A stretch of 62,940 nt of DNA, the filler included, from Candidatus Woesearchaeota archaeon (GTDB lineage: Archaea > Nanobdellota > Nanobdellia > Woesearchaeales > BM511): NCBI GenBank assembly GCA_023266675.1. It is 5 parts of 5 records of this genome, joined end to end, with 100 filler letters (N's around TTAATTAATTAA, not from the genome) between each part and the next. Parts side by side here need not be neighbours in the genome. Positions count along the whole stretch, not along the records: positions 26,191 to 38,458 come from JAHFPP010000041.1; positions 38,559 to 50,750 come from JAHFPP010000042.1; 3 more parts are not named here. The stretch is one strand, 5' to 3'. The stretch's first letter is position 1. Each line of letters begins with the position of its first letter. The notes beneath the pieces were generated by a model, which saw only the letters and a list, made by a program, of their open reading frames with translations, was not told the origin of the DNA and searched no databases. Positions 36,536 through 46,751 of this stretch are shown in pieces. The translations under genes and the position numbers were made by a program.

Positions 36536-38227
36536 CTACATTCGTTCAACAGCGTCTATTCCAAGAAGGTTTAGTCCGTCTTTAATTACGATTCTGATTG
36601 CGTCAAGAAGATGAAGTCTTGCGTTTTTTAATTCTTCGGATTCTTTGAGTATCTGATGAGAATGGTAGTACTCATTGAACATCTGAGACAAGTCAAGAAG
36701 ATAGCGTGCAACTAGTGACGGCTTGAATTGTTTCATTGATGATGAAACTATGTTTGGATATTCTTTTATTTTTTTGATAACCTGTTTTTCCTTGTCGTCA
36801 TAAAGCGAGTAGTCAATTTTATGATGCAGTTTTTTTACATCTCCTTTCTCAAATATTGAGTTTATTCTTGCATAAGCATACTGCACATAAGGGCCTGTCT
36901 CGCCATCAAACGAAACCGATTCCTTTGGATTGTAAACCATATCTTTTGATGCGTCCATTTTTAATATGAAAAACTTTATTGCTCCAATTCCTATTTTTCT
37001 TGAGCGCTCTTCAATTTCTTTCTCGCTCAAATCATTATACCTTTGGTTAACTTCCTCTTTTGCCAGAGAAACAACTTCAAAAACAAGGTCATCAGCATCA
37101 ACAACCGTGCCTTCTCGGCTTTTCATTTTTCCTTCAGGAAGGTTTACCATTCCATAGCTTACATGCTTCAAATTCTCAATCTTTGTGATTTTTATCATTT
37201 CAAGAATCTTGAAAAGCTGCTGAAAATGAAGGTTTTGCTCTGAGCCTACAACGTAAAAAGATTTATCAAGCTTGTAATCTTCAAACTTCTTCTTTGCTAG
37301 ATAAATATCCTGCGTGATGTATACAGTTGTGCCGTCTTTTCTCAATACAACTTTGTCTTCCCCAAACCCATATTTTTTTAGAGGCGCAATAATATTTCCT
37401 TTATCATCATTTTCAAAAATTCCTTCTTTTAATGATTCTACAGCTATCTCTTTTGCCTTTTCATAAATCTTGCTTTCATAATATATTTTATCAAACTTTA
37501 TGCCGAGGCTTTTGTATGTTTCATCAAATCCTTCATAGACCCAATCATTCATTTTTTTCCAGAGTTCATGCGTTTCCTTGTCACCAGCTTCCCAGAGGCG
37601 AAGCATATCCTGCGCTTTTACATCAAGTGATTCATCCTCTTTAACTTCTTTCGCAAATTTAACGTAGAAATCTCCAACGAAGTGATCGCTTTTTTTGTCT
37701 GGCAGTTTGTGATGCCCCCATCTTCTATATGCAAGCATTGATTTGCAGATATGAACTCCTCGGTCATTAACAAGGCATCCTCTCACGACTTCGTGGCCAG
37801 TTTTTTCATATATCCTTGATAGTGACTCTCCAATCAGCATGTTTCTAACATGTCCAAGGTGAAGAGGCTTGTTTGTGTTTGGGCTTGAAAACTCAATCAT
37901 AATTTTCTGGTGTTTTCCCTCAGAAGACTTTCCATATTCCTCTTTTTCCTTCTCAATTTTTTTAAGCGTCTCTTCACTAAGTTTTTCTGGATTAATAAAA
38001 AAGTTGATGTAAGGACCTGTCGGAATTATCTTTTCAAATAATTCAGAGCTTAATTTCTCAGAAATTTCTGTGGCTATAACACTAGGTGATTTTTTCAACT
38101 GTTTAGAGAATTCAAAACAAGGGACAGCGTAGTCTCCAAGAGACTCATTTTTTGGAACTTCTATTTGTATCTCAATATCAGTCTCTTTTTTCAAGAGCTT
38201 CCTAATCTCATTTTCAAAAGCATCCAT
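36536..38227 (-). CDS. argS: Arginine--tRNA ligase
   Basis: EFSSPNTNKPLHLGHVRN, GKMKSREG, GETGPYVQYAYARI. Confidence 0.97.
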   Translation of the reverse strand: MDAFENEIRKLLKKETDIEIQIEVPKNESLGDYAVPCFEFSKQLKKSPSVIATEISEKLSSELFEKIIPTGPYINFFINPEKLSEETLKKIEKEKEEYGKSSEGKHQKIMIEFSSPNTNKPLHLGHVRNMLIGESLSRIYEKTGHEVVRGCLVNDRGVHICKSMLAYRRWGHHKLPDKKSDHFVGDFYVKFAKEVKEDESLDVKAQDMLRLWEAGDKETHELWKKMNDWVYEGFDETYKSLGIKFDKIYYESKIYEKAKEIAVESLKEGIFENDDKGNIIAPLKKYGFGEDKVVLRKDGTTVYITQDIYLAKKKFEDYKLDKSFYVVGSEQNLHFQQLFKILEMIKITKIENLKHVSYGMVNLPEGKMKSREGTVVDADDLVFEVVSLAKEEVNQRYNDLSEKEIEERSRKIGIGAIKFFILKMDASKDMVYNPKESVSFDGETGPYVQYAYARINSIFEKGDVKKLHHKIDYSLYDDKEKQVIKKIKEYPNIVSSSMKQFKPSLVARYLLDLSQMFNEYYHSHQILKESEELKNARLHLLDAIRIVIKDGLNLLGIDAVERM

Positions 38228-38275
38228 TATAAAAAATAAAAGAACTATTTATTTAATAAGCTTTTGATAGCAGGG

Positions 38276-38449
38276 CTAAAACTCTTCTTCTTCAGGAGCA
38301 ACTTCTTTCTTTTCATCTTGTGCTTCGTCATATCCTTTGAGGAATCCTTCTTCTTCTGCGGATATTTCGTCGTTGTAAAGAGAATCTTCTCTTGAATCTT
38401 CGTTTTCTAAACTTTCGTCTGCATCGTTTGGGTCGTAATCTTCATTCAT
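38276..38449 (-). CDS. Small, highly acidic protein (57 aa; may extend into the gap)
   Basis: MNEDYDPNDADES..NDEISAEEEGFLKGYDE; not in the ORF track. Confidence 0.6.
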   Translation of the reverse strand: MNEDYDPNDADESLENEDSREDSLYNDEISAEEEGFLKGYDEAQDEKKEVAPEEEEF

Positions 38450-38458
38450 ACTTGAAAT

Positions 38459-38558
38459 NNNNNNNNNNNNNNNNNNNNNNNNNNNNNNNNNNNNNNNNNN
38501 NNTTAATTAATTAANNNNNNNNNNNNNNNNNNNNNNNNNNNNNNNNNNNNNNNNNNNN
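38459..38558. other. Artificial contig linker
   Basis: N44-TTAATTAATTAA-N44. Confidence 0.99.
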
Positions 38559-38993
38559 GGTGGCAATGAAGAATTATACAAAGCGCTTGAAGACAAAACC
38601 GCTGGCGCAATTAGAGGCAACATTTCAAACTCTCCGCAGATATCACAGTCACTAGTTCTGCACTCATTAAAGGATGCAAGCTACAAAGCTGAAAAACATC
38701 AGAAATATGAGACATTAAAAAAGAGACATGACAAGGTAAGCGAGATACTGCACAATCACAGGGAATACAAAAAATATTTCAAGCCGCTTCCTTTCAACTC
38801 AGGATACTTCATGTGCATAGAGACAAAGGCTAGCGTTGAAAAAATAAGATTGAAGCTTCTTGAAAAATACAGCACAGGCGTAATTGTCTTTGGCGACAAC
38901 CTTATGAGACTTGCTTTTTCGGCAACGCCGTATGACAAGCTTGAAAAACTTTTTGAAAACATATACAATGCATGCAAAGAGTGTGATTCATAG
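38559..38993 (+). CDS. Class I/II PLP aminotransferase, C-terminal part
   Basis: Frame open from the contig edge: ALEDKTAGAIRGNISN..PLPFNSGYFMC..MRLAFS. Confidence 0.7.
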   Translation, partial: GGNEELYKALEDKTAGAIRGNISNSPQISQSLVLHSLKDASYKAEKHQKYETLKKRHDKVSEILHNHREYKKYFKPLPFNSGYFMCIETKASVEKIRLKLLEKYSTGVIVFGDNLMRLAFSATPYDKLEKLFENIYNACKECDS

Positions 38994-40760
38994 ATGGGGA
39001 GTGAAGAAAGCTTTTCATTCTACGACAGGCAGGCAGTAATAAAGACAAGAAAAGAGATACCAAAGAACACGTTTGAAGTCACAAAAACAGAAATATTTTT
39101 TGAAGCAAATCTAAGATTTATAAAAAATTTAAAAGAAAAGGATTCACCGCTTTTAGTAATTCTCCCGGAAGAATACTCGGATAAAAAGCAGACTGAACTC
39201 ATTGTAGATGTTCTTGGCGAGCTAACGTTTAAAAAAATTGAAGAAGTAAAAGATGAGAAATACAGCGGTATAATAAAAGACAGATACATACTAAGCCTGT
39301 TTGTCGAAGAGCTTTATGATTACTGGCGAAGCTATGAAAGATTCTTTATCTACTACATTGAAGACCAGGGCAAGTTTGACCCGCATGCTCCGTACGCGCA
39401 TTTCAATGAGAAGGTTGAAACAATAAATCACCTTGTGCGTAAGACTTACAGGGATATCGCGTACAACATAACTGGCGAGCTCCTAAGAATCTACCGTCAA
39501 GTTCCAGCAGCCTGCCAAGTTGGTCTGGTTGTGATGAAGGAAAACAATTTTCTTCCGCTAGCAAAGGAATATTCAATCCTAAAAAATATTTATTTCATAA
39601 AACAGGTACTAATTAATCCGCCGTTGATAATTAACCCTCCGACAAACACAAGAAACGGCGAATTCAAGAAAGTGCACTCTAATCCTCTTGAAAAAGTTAG
39701 CATTGAAGACAAGGATTATCTGTGCTATCCGGCGAAAGTTGGAAACCTTCTGATACAGTTCTACTTTCATAACAAGTTTATTGGAATTGGCACAGCTGTC
39801 GCAAATCTTTTTGACCTTGCAGGCAGACCCGACATACTAAAAAAGCCTGACGCGGTATTTATCTTTGGAGTAGAAGACACATCACTTTCGCATTTTGACT
39901 CAAAAACAGTGTTCTATGAAGATGAAAAAAATGATATCCTTGTAGCGGCGTGTCCAAGAAATGATGAATTTGGATACTTTGGTTACATAAAAAAGATGAT
40001 TCTGACGCTTCATAACATTGTGATGATGAGAAGAGGAAGAATGCCAGTGCACGGCGCAATGGTAAACATAAGCATGAAGAATAAGAAGTCCGCAAACATA
40101 GTAATATGGGGCGACAGTGGCGCAGGAAAATCCGAGACAATCGAGGCATTTCGAAAACTTAGCGGAAAATACCTTAGAGATATAAAAATAATATTTGATG
40201 ACATGGGCTCACTTGAAATATCTGAATCTGGAAGCGGAATAAAGGCGTACGGAACAGAGACAGGCGCGTTTGTGCGCCTTGACGACCTCTCACCAGAATA
40301 CGCGTTTGGAAGCATTGACCGCTCAATAATAATGAACCCGCAGAAAACAAACGCAAGAGCAGTTCTTCCAATAACAACAATGCACGAAGTGCTTTACGGA
40401 TACGATGTTGACTACATACTATATGCAAACAACTATGAGCAGATTGATGAGTACCACACTATATTTGAAAGGATAAATTCAAAGGAAAAGGCAATGGAGA
40501 TATTCAAGCACGGAGCAAGGTTTGCAAAAGGCACAACAACAGAAAAAGGCCTTGTCCACACATACTACTCAAACATATTTGGACCATCGCAATACAAAGC
40601 CGTCCATGATATCATAGCCGAGAATTTCTTTAGAAAAATGTATTCATCAGACAAGATAAAAGTAGGAATCATAAGGACACGCCTAGGAATACCAGGATAC
40701 GAATCAAAAGGTCCTGAAGAGGCTGCCAAAGCGCTTTTTGAAGAGATAAATAATAATTAG
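38994..40760 (+). CDS. PEP-carboxykinase-like P-loop protein (atypical family)
   Basis: YFGYIKKMILTLHN, PVHGAM, GDSGAGKSE, IFDDMG, GTETGAFVRLDDL, NARA. Confidence 0.8.
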   Translation: MGSEESFSFYDRQAVIKTRKEIPKNTFEVTKTEIFFEANLRFIKNLKEKDSPLLVILPEEYSDKKQTELIVDVLGELTFKKIEEVKDEKYSGIIKDRYILSLFVEELYDYWRSYERFFIYYIEDQGKFDPHAPYAHFNEKVETINHLVRKTYRDIAYNITGELLRIYRQVPAACQVGLVVMKENNFLPLAKEYSILKNIYFIKQVLINPPLIINPPTNTRNGEFKKVHSNPLEKVSIEDKDYLCYPAKVGNLLIQFYFHNKFIGIGTAVANLFDLAGRPDILKKPDAVFIFGVEDTSLSHFDSKTVFYEDEKNDILVAACPRNDEFGYFGYIKKMILTLHNIVMMRRGRMPVHGAMVNISMKNKKSANIVIWGDSGAGKSETIEAFRKLSGKYLRDIKIIFDDMGSLEISESGSGIKAYGTETGAFVRLDDLSPEYAFGSIDRSIIMNPQKTNARAVLPITTMHEVLYGYDVDYILYANNYEQIDEYHTIFERINSKEKAMEIFKHGARFAKGTTTEKGLVHTYYSNIFGPSQYKAVHDIIAENFFRKMYSSDKIKVGIIRTRLGIPGYESKGPEEAAKALFEEINNN

Positions 40761-40767
40761 TTTTTAC

Positions 40768-41709
40768 TTACCTTATGAGATTCATAACGTATTCCTCAAC
40801 TATCAGTAGTGGCTCATACTTTTGAATTTTCTCGCCAAACCTTTCCCGAAGGTCTAAAATTATACTATGCATCTCCTCTTTTTTGCAGACAAACTCTATA
40901 TGCATGGAATAGCTTCCAATGTGATTCATTAGCATGACACAATGCTTATGCGACACATAATATGAAACAATCTCTTTTTTTGACTCTTTATCATTTGATT
41001 CAACAAACAAATGATAATAGTCATAGCCAAGCTTTCTAAAATTTATTCTTGGTTTCAATACAATTATAATATTTTGCTGAATAAGTTTTTTATAACGCTG
41101 CGCAATTGCCCAATATGACAACTTTAATTTTTTGCCTATGTGTGTAAAACTTGACCGTGAATTTAATGACAGCTCAAGCAATATCTTTCTGTCAGTATCA
41201 TCTATGTTGATTTTTTCAGAATGAAAACTCATTCTTTTATTGTAGATAAGTTTACCGTTTGCTAAGTATTTATCATTTATCATGTGGTTGTCTGTTGGAA
41301 TGAGTATCTCCTTGTCGATAAAATATCTTCCAAATAAATCAAAAAATGTATTGAAAAAATCAGTGAATTCTCTGGAGTTTGGCGAGCAGACAGTTATTAT
41401 CAAATCCCATGTTCCCTCGCATAATCCAGTCCATGCAACAATTTTGTTTTTCTTAATGTGTTCAATGATATTTTTCTGAACTTGTGACGTGACGCTTTTG
41501 TATTTTACAAGTATTTTATATGTCTGATAACCAAGTTTACTGATATCTATAATTGCATATAATCCTGTCAGGATATCCTCATTAATCATTTGTTTGAATC
41601 TGTACTGGGCAACTTCTTTGCTTATCCTTGCAGATTTTCCTATTTGATTAAATGAAGCACGCGGATTAATGTCGAGACTTTCCAATATTTTTAAGTTTTT
41701 TACATCCAT
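40768..41709 (-). CDS. Tandem-domain Lrp/AsnC family transcription regulator
   Basis: Two HTH-RAM repeats (MDVKNLKIL..N.R.S; IDDTDRKIL..NSRSS). Confidence 0.85.
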   Translation of the reverse strand: MDVKNLKILESLDINPRASFNQIGKSARISKEVAQYRFKQMINEDILTGLYAIIDISKLGYQTYKILVKYKSVTSQVQKNIIEHIKKNKIVAWTGLCEGTWDLIITVCSPNSREFTDFFNTFFDLFGRYFIDKEILIPTDNHMINDKYLANGKLIYNKRMSFHSEKINIDDTDRKILLELSLNSRSSFTHIGKKLKLSYWAIAQRYKKLIQQNIIIVLKPRINFRKLGYDYYHLFVESNDKESKKEIVSYYVSHKHCVMLMNHIGSYSMHIEFVCKKEEMHSIILDLRERFGEKIQKYEPLLIVEEYVMNLIR

Positions 41710-41822
41710 TATTACTTTTATACAATAATTTATATATAAATATTTGTATATTATAAAAATATATATAATAATTCTAATATAATACAATTAATTCATTACT
41801 TCTAAGTAATTAAGGTTTTAAT

Positions 41823-42479
41823 ATGGCACTAGAATATACATTATCAATTGACGAGATTATGCAAAGGCTTGAAACAGCGCATAGTCAAAAGGCTGTTATT
41901 CGAGGAGAGTTTCTTAACGCAGAATATTTGTTTTTTAGAGAACATATAAAAAATCAGCATGTGTTAGTTGCAGGGTCTGGCCTTGGGCATGACTCATTTG
42001 AATTAGCAGGATATAATAAAAGCGTTGTAGGAATTGAATTAATTCCTTCACTTGTTGAATATTCAAACAAAAGAAAACAAGAGTTAGGACTGGACAACCT
42101 TGTTTTTCAAAATGGAGATTTTACCAACCTTAATATGTTCAATGACAGGCATTTTGATTCTGCAGTTCTAAACATGGGCACAATCGGGAACTTTGATTAT
42201 AAAACACAAATACTATCTGAAATGACAAGGGTTGCCGACACGTCATATTTTGATTTTTACACACAAACATTAAACGGTCTTAAAAAAAGACGTGAAATGT
42301 ATATCGAAGAGGGATGGATTAATGTCAGAATCCATGGAAACAGGATTATGAGCGATGATGGAATGGACTCAACATCCTTGTCTGGCAAAGAAATAACTTC
42401 AATATTAGCACCATTAGGTGTAAGAGTCAGATATCATCAATTTCATGAATTTGCAGTCATGGCAGAAGTTACAAGGTAA
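41823..42479 (+). CDS. Class I SAM-dependent methyltransferase
   Basis: VLVAGSGLG, VVGIE, GDF, HFD. Confidence 0.8.
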   Translation: MALEYTLSIDEIMQRLETAHSQKAVIRGEFLNAEYLFFREHIKNQHVLVAGSGLGHDSFELAGYNKSVVGIELIPSLVEYSNKRKQELGLDNLVFQNGDFTNLNMFNDRHFDSAVLNMGTIGNFDYKTQILSEMTRVADTSYFDFYTQTLNGLKKRREMYIEEGWINVRIHGNRIMSDDGMDSTSLSGKEITSILAPLGVRVRYHQFHEFAVMAEVTR

Positions 42480-42496
42480 TTAATGTCAGATAGTTT

Positions 42497-43078
42497 TTAC
42501 TTATGCTTGTTCTTTCCTCTTTCTTCAACCATCAAGAATCTCTCTATTACTTCATCATTATTTCTTGAGAATTTTTTGTATCCTTTCAGGACTTCCTTAA
42601 ACGCTTTATCTGCGACTTTGTAGTGCTTTGATTCAAGCGCCTCTTTTAGAAGATGAAGGTCAACTGCCTTATCCTCAACTTTCGCAGAAAAATATGAGAG
42701 TCCAAAATCAATGAAATAAATCTCTTTATCTTTAAACATCATGTTTGATGTTGTCAAGTCTCCATGGATAATATTCTCATTGTGCATCTTTGCAACGTAC
42801 TCGCCTATTTTTTTGCCAAGGCTTGTTTTAAAAACATCCCTGACTTTATCGCCATTAATATACTCCATTTCTATCTTCATATCCTTTTCACTATAATTAA
42901 TCAGTCTTGGGTGCGGCACAGAAATCCTTTCAAGAATTTTTGCTTCACGCCTTATCCTTGACTTTCGAAGACTGTCATCAAGCGCCTTTATCCTGTATTC
43001 TTTTGGAGTCCTGACTTTGATTATCCTGTCATTATCAAGATATATCACAGCTTCAGCTCCTCTTGCAATTTCTTTCAT
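42497..43078 (-). CDS. bud32: KEOPS kinase Bud32
   Basis: GAEA, IHGDLTTSN, IDFGL, EDKAVDLHLL, VEERG. Confidence 0.93.
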   Translation of the reverse strand: MKEIARGAEAVIYLDNDRIIKVRTPKEYRIKALDDSLRKSRIRREAKILERISVPHPRLINYSEKDMKIEMEYINGDKVRDVFKTSLGKKIGEYVAKMHNENIIHGDLTTSNMMFKDKEIYFIDFGLSYFSAKVEDKAVDLHLLKEALESKHYKVADKAFKEVLKGYKKFSRNNDEVIERFLMVEERGKNKHK

Positions 43079-43167
43079 AATTTAAGTTTTATATGCGGTT
43101 ATTTAAATTTATTGCGGGATTTTAATCATTCAACTTATTTGTGCACGAAGCGTCGTCTGAATAATAT

Positions 43168-44298
43168 ATGAAAAAGTTTTTAAATAACCAAATCAAGTTG
43201 CTTTGGATGGTTAACTCTGGCGTTTTAGCACGAAAATTCTTAATGGCTGTTGAAGCGCCACATCAAAGCATGATTTCTCCATTTGTTGATATTGAAATGA
43301 ATTTTTTTGCAATGTCAAGCTCTTTCCTGGATAGTTTATACAGTGCATTCAATATAACATCATATAATAGATTACTCCATTATGATGTGTTTAGAAAACT
43401 TTTTCTGAGAGATTATCTCCCTGAAAATTCATTTCTTGAAAGAACGCTTGAATCAGAAATCACAACAACAGTAGACATGAGGGCTGTTGAAGACTTGGTC
43501 AGAGTACATAATCCAGACAGCGGAAAAACAAGTTTTGACACATCATCAAATCAACTTATGCGAACAATGACTTCACAGGAGATTATAGGTTACCTTGTCA
43601 ATGAGCATTTTTTTGATTCAAGAGTAAGCGGGCGCGGAGAGATCGAAGTAACTTCATCTTTTAGTAAGCCCATATCTTTGGACACAAGTATTGATGTTGT
43701 GCTTAAGGAAATTGCAAGGAACATGCATGATGAAAGAGTTTTTTCATCACAGTTATTTGATGGCGATAATGCTGTTGCAAGATTTCAGTACTCCATAAAG
43801 CCAAACTACGAGCTTCCAATACTTCCACGTGAACTCCCCCGGGCATTTTATTTTCCGCGAGCATTAAAAGTTTTTTCAGAGCCTAGTGCAGCCACTCAAG
43901 ATTCATTATCTTTTGAAAAACTAAATACTGGAGAGCAGCATTACAAATTCAATGTCACGTCAGCGCTGCTCCATGACGTAAACAAGATATATCACGCACT
44001 TGGCATCATAGGATTAAATGAGAAAGGATATACTAAAAAAGATATCGGAAGAATCGCGCTTCCAACTCTTGAGAATCAGGTTATCGCTAGCATAGGACAC
44101 ACTGATGACGTGCTTACTAAGAATGCAAAAAGCAAATATGTGTGGCCAGTGTTTATTGGCGACACTTTATACCTGACAGTTAATGTTCTTCATAAAAATG
44201 ATAATAAGCGGACAATTGATTACAAATTAAACGTCTCAAACCAATTCGGGTTACCGGTAAAATATTCGTCAGGCAGAGCTGTTTTTGGAAAACAATGA
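43168..44298 (+). CDS. Hypothetical protein with MaoC/hot-dog-like domain(s)
   Basis: HDVNKIYH, PVFIGDTL, NQFG.PV..G. Confidence 0.55.
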   Translation: MKKFLNNQIKLLWMVNSGVLARKFLMAVEAPHQSMISPFVDIEMNFFAMSSSFLDSLYSAFNITSYNRLLHYDVFRKLFLRDYLPENSFLERTLESEITTTVDMRAVEDLVRVHNPDSGKTSFDTSSNQLMRTMTSQEIIGYLVNEHFFDSRVSGRGEIEVTSSFSKPISLDTSIDVVLKEIARNMHDERVFSSQLFDGDNAVARFQYSIKPNYELPILPRELPRAFYFPRALKVFSEPSAATQDSLSFEKLNTGEQHYKFNVTSALLHDVNKIYHALGIIGLNEKGYTKKDIGRIALPTLENQVIASIGHTDDVLTKNAKSKYVWPVFIGDTLYLTVNVLHKNDNKRTIDYKLNVSNQFGLPVKYSSGRAVFGKQ

Positions 44299-44371
44299 TT
44301 CTCATCTTTTCTGCATTATTGTAGTCTTTTTACAGTGGTTAAGCATTCAAAAGATTTATTAATAAGTTTTA

Positions 44372-44836
44372 ATGCCTCGCGTTATGAATTCAAAAATTAC
44401 AGAAATTGACATCACTGATGACATTAATGGGTTAAAAGGAATTCTTCTTGGATTTAGAGAATTAATTGATGGAAAAAGTGTAGTCGCTAAACTTAATGGG
44501 AAACAAGTAAATTTGGATGATGTTTTAGTTGACATAAACAACCCTGAACTGGGATTTAATACTGATGTTCTTCCTGAATACCTCAGACAAATTTCGGTAT
44601 ATGAGAATGAGCAGAAGAATATCTCATTATTTTTCAATTCTCAATTTGACTACGCAGCCATAAAGAAAGGATGGAAAGATGCAGGGAAAGATGAAACTAA
44701 TAAGTATCAGATAAGTGAAGTTCGCGGTTCGCTTCAAATACTAAAAACGGATGGAAGCATACTGGCAGAATACGGCGTTTCAAGGGTTCTAATACCTCTC
44801 GCACATTTTGACGAATTCATTAAACATGCTAAGTGA
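44372..44836 (+). CDS. Hypothetical protein
   Basis: 154-aa ORF with a TATA-like element upstream. Confidence 0.6.
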   Translation: MPRVMNSKITEIDITDDINGLKGILLGFRELIDGKSVVAKLNGKQVNLDDVLVDINNPELGFNTDVLPEYLRQISVYENEQKNISLFFNSQFDYAAIKKGWKDAGKDETNKYQISEVRGSLQILKTDGSILAEYGVSRVLIPLAHFDEFIKHAK

Positions 44837-45234
44837 TAAAGATGGCAAGAAGATTAAGCATCGAGGAAAGAGTTGCAAGGTTTCTTATTGAAGAAAGTAT
44901 TAGTATATTAAATAAACCATCAAAAAATCCTTTTAATGAGTATCTATACTATTTTCGTCACAATAATCCCGAACCAGTTAAAATTGGTTATCTAAAATAT
45001 TCTACACAAACAGGAGTTATTGAGGGAAGACATTCATATCTTTTTGTTGAAGATGATTTTGATAAGCTTGAATCAAAATTAGTGTCTCCTATACGGTTTC
45101 TTCTAACTAAAACAAATGGAAATTATAATCATGACATTTGGGTACCAATACGACGCGCATCAATAAGGGTGCTAATTGTTCCAATCATACAAACTATAAC
45201 TACAAGATATCCCGTGAATTCTGCTTATCAATAA
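44833..45234 (+). CDS. Hypothetical protein
   Basis: GTGA overlap with the upstream ORF. Confidence 0.55.
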   Translation: MIKMARRLSIEERVARFLIEESISILNKPSKNPFNEYLYYFRHNNPEPVKIGYLKYSTQTGVIEGRHSYLFVEDDFDKLESKLVSPIRFLLTKTNGNYNHDIWVPIRRASIRVLIVPIIQTITTRYPVNSAYQ

Positions 45235-45314
45235 AATTTTAAAAATTGATTATACGTTTGTCATAAGTATATAATCATATTTAAAATTAACATTAAAAAA
45301 ATATTTAGAAAAAT

Positions 45315-46031
45315 TTATTCTTCTTTTGAAGATTTTTCCTTCTTTGCAAGCTTTGGATCCTGCTCTGTTTCTTCTGCTTCCTTCTCTTCTAGCTTCTCTT
45401 CTTCGTCCTTGACTTTTTCTCTTAAGCTTGGAGGAGGAGTTATCTTAGCATCGTCCTTTTCTATGTGCATAACCCTTATCTCAACATTTTTGATAGGGTA
45501 TATCTTTGAAAGCATCATTCCAATTTCCTTCTGGAGCTTGTTCTCAATAACTAGTCTAAAAACATCCTCCTGTGTTGTCTGAGCAATTGTTTTGTATAAA
45601 AACATTTTTAACCTTTTTCGGAGTTCAGAGACAACTGAGCTTCTTGTTAATGATATTGTCAGTATAAATGGTTTTATTCTTAGTTTTACGCCGTCTTTTG
45701 TTGCATAAACGAGAGACTCATCAATTCTTTCTCTTTTTCGTCTTACAAGCCTTTTTATTGAAGGAGGACTCATTTCATATCTTTCAAGTTTTGTATAAGC
45801 TTTTCCTTCTTTTACATCAACAATTTTTAATTTTGTGATAATTGATTGTTTTCTGGCGTCTCCAGTTAATGTCATTAAGTTTGCGCTAACTACCTTTCCA
45901 ATTATGTCAGTTGCAACGTAAGTAGGTGTTTCTCCTATTATCTGTTCATTGAACATTTTTGGAGCTACAAGTGAGACCCATATTTTCTTCTTTACTTTAA
46001 CTCCTGCTTGTGCTTTTTGTTTTGATGCCAT
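45315..46031 (-). CDS. rps3ae: 30S ribosomal protein S3Ae (eS1)
   Basis: KKIW..APKMF..IGET, LMTLTGD, KRLVRR, KIYPIK.VEIR. Confidence 0.92.
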   Translation of the reverse strand: MASKQKAQAGVKVKKKIWVSLVAPKMFNEQIIGETPTYVATDIIGKVVSANLMTLTGDARKQSIITKLKIVDVKEGKAYTKLERYEMSPPSIKRLVRRKRERIDESLVYATKDGVKLRIKPFILTISLTRSSVVSELRKRLKMFLYKTIAQTTQEDVFRLVIENKLQKEIGMMLSKIYPIKNVEIRVMHIEKDDAKITPPPSLREKVKDEEEKLEEKEAEETEQDPKLAKKEKSSKEE

Positions 46032-46284
46032 TATTTTACCTTTTTATATCAATAAGCTTCAAGAAATTGGAGGGTATTTAAAAACCTAACGGTTTTTGAT
46101 ACGCGCTCCTTCGTCGCTAGCGTATTTAAAAAGATAGCGGTTTTATACGCTTCTCTCTTACTTTTTTATTTTCATCTTATTCATTCTATATTAATCAACC
46201 ATTAGTTCAAATACAAATCTTTTTAAATAAAATTTATTTTCGGAAATATAAAGAATATATACCTATACAAATAGAGGAGATAAT

Positions 46285-46740
46285 ATGAAAAAATTATTTA
46301 CAATAACCTTATTTCTTATATTAGCGGTTTTTTTAATCAGCGGATGTCAAAAACAGGGAGCACCTGCAACTGAAGTCGCAACACAGAATAATGCTGCAAG
46401 TACCAATACAAATGTGCATATTACAGGAAATATGATTGCAAAGGTATCTGACGTTCCATCTGGTGAAATAAAAAAATTTGTTTATAACGGCGGAGAGGGA
46501 GTTCTTGTTAATTTTAACGGAGACATCAAAGCATACATGAATAAATGCACGCATAAAGGTTTACAGCTGACTCAAGGCACATCGCCGTTAGTTGACAATA
46601 AAATAAAATGCCCATGGCACTCTGCAACATTCAGTCCGTCATCAGGGCAGTATCTTGGAACTGGCGACCAGAACTATGGTCTTGCAGGCCTTACAATGAT
46701 AAACATCAAGATTGAAAACGGAAATATCTACACTGTTTAA
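46285..46740 (+). CDS. Rieske [2Fe-2S] lipoprotein
   Basis: Lipobox LISGC; CTH..CPWH. Confidence 0.88.
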   Translation: MKKLFTITLFLILAVFLISGCQKQGAPATEVATQNNAASTNTNVHITGNMIAKVSDVPSGEIKKFVYNGGEGVLVNFNGDIKAYMNKCTHKGLQLTQGTSPLVDNKIKCPWHSATFSPSSGQYLGTGDQNYGLAGLTMINIKIENGNIYTV

Positions 46741-46751
46741 TTGGTCTAACA

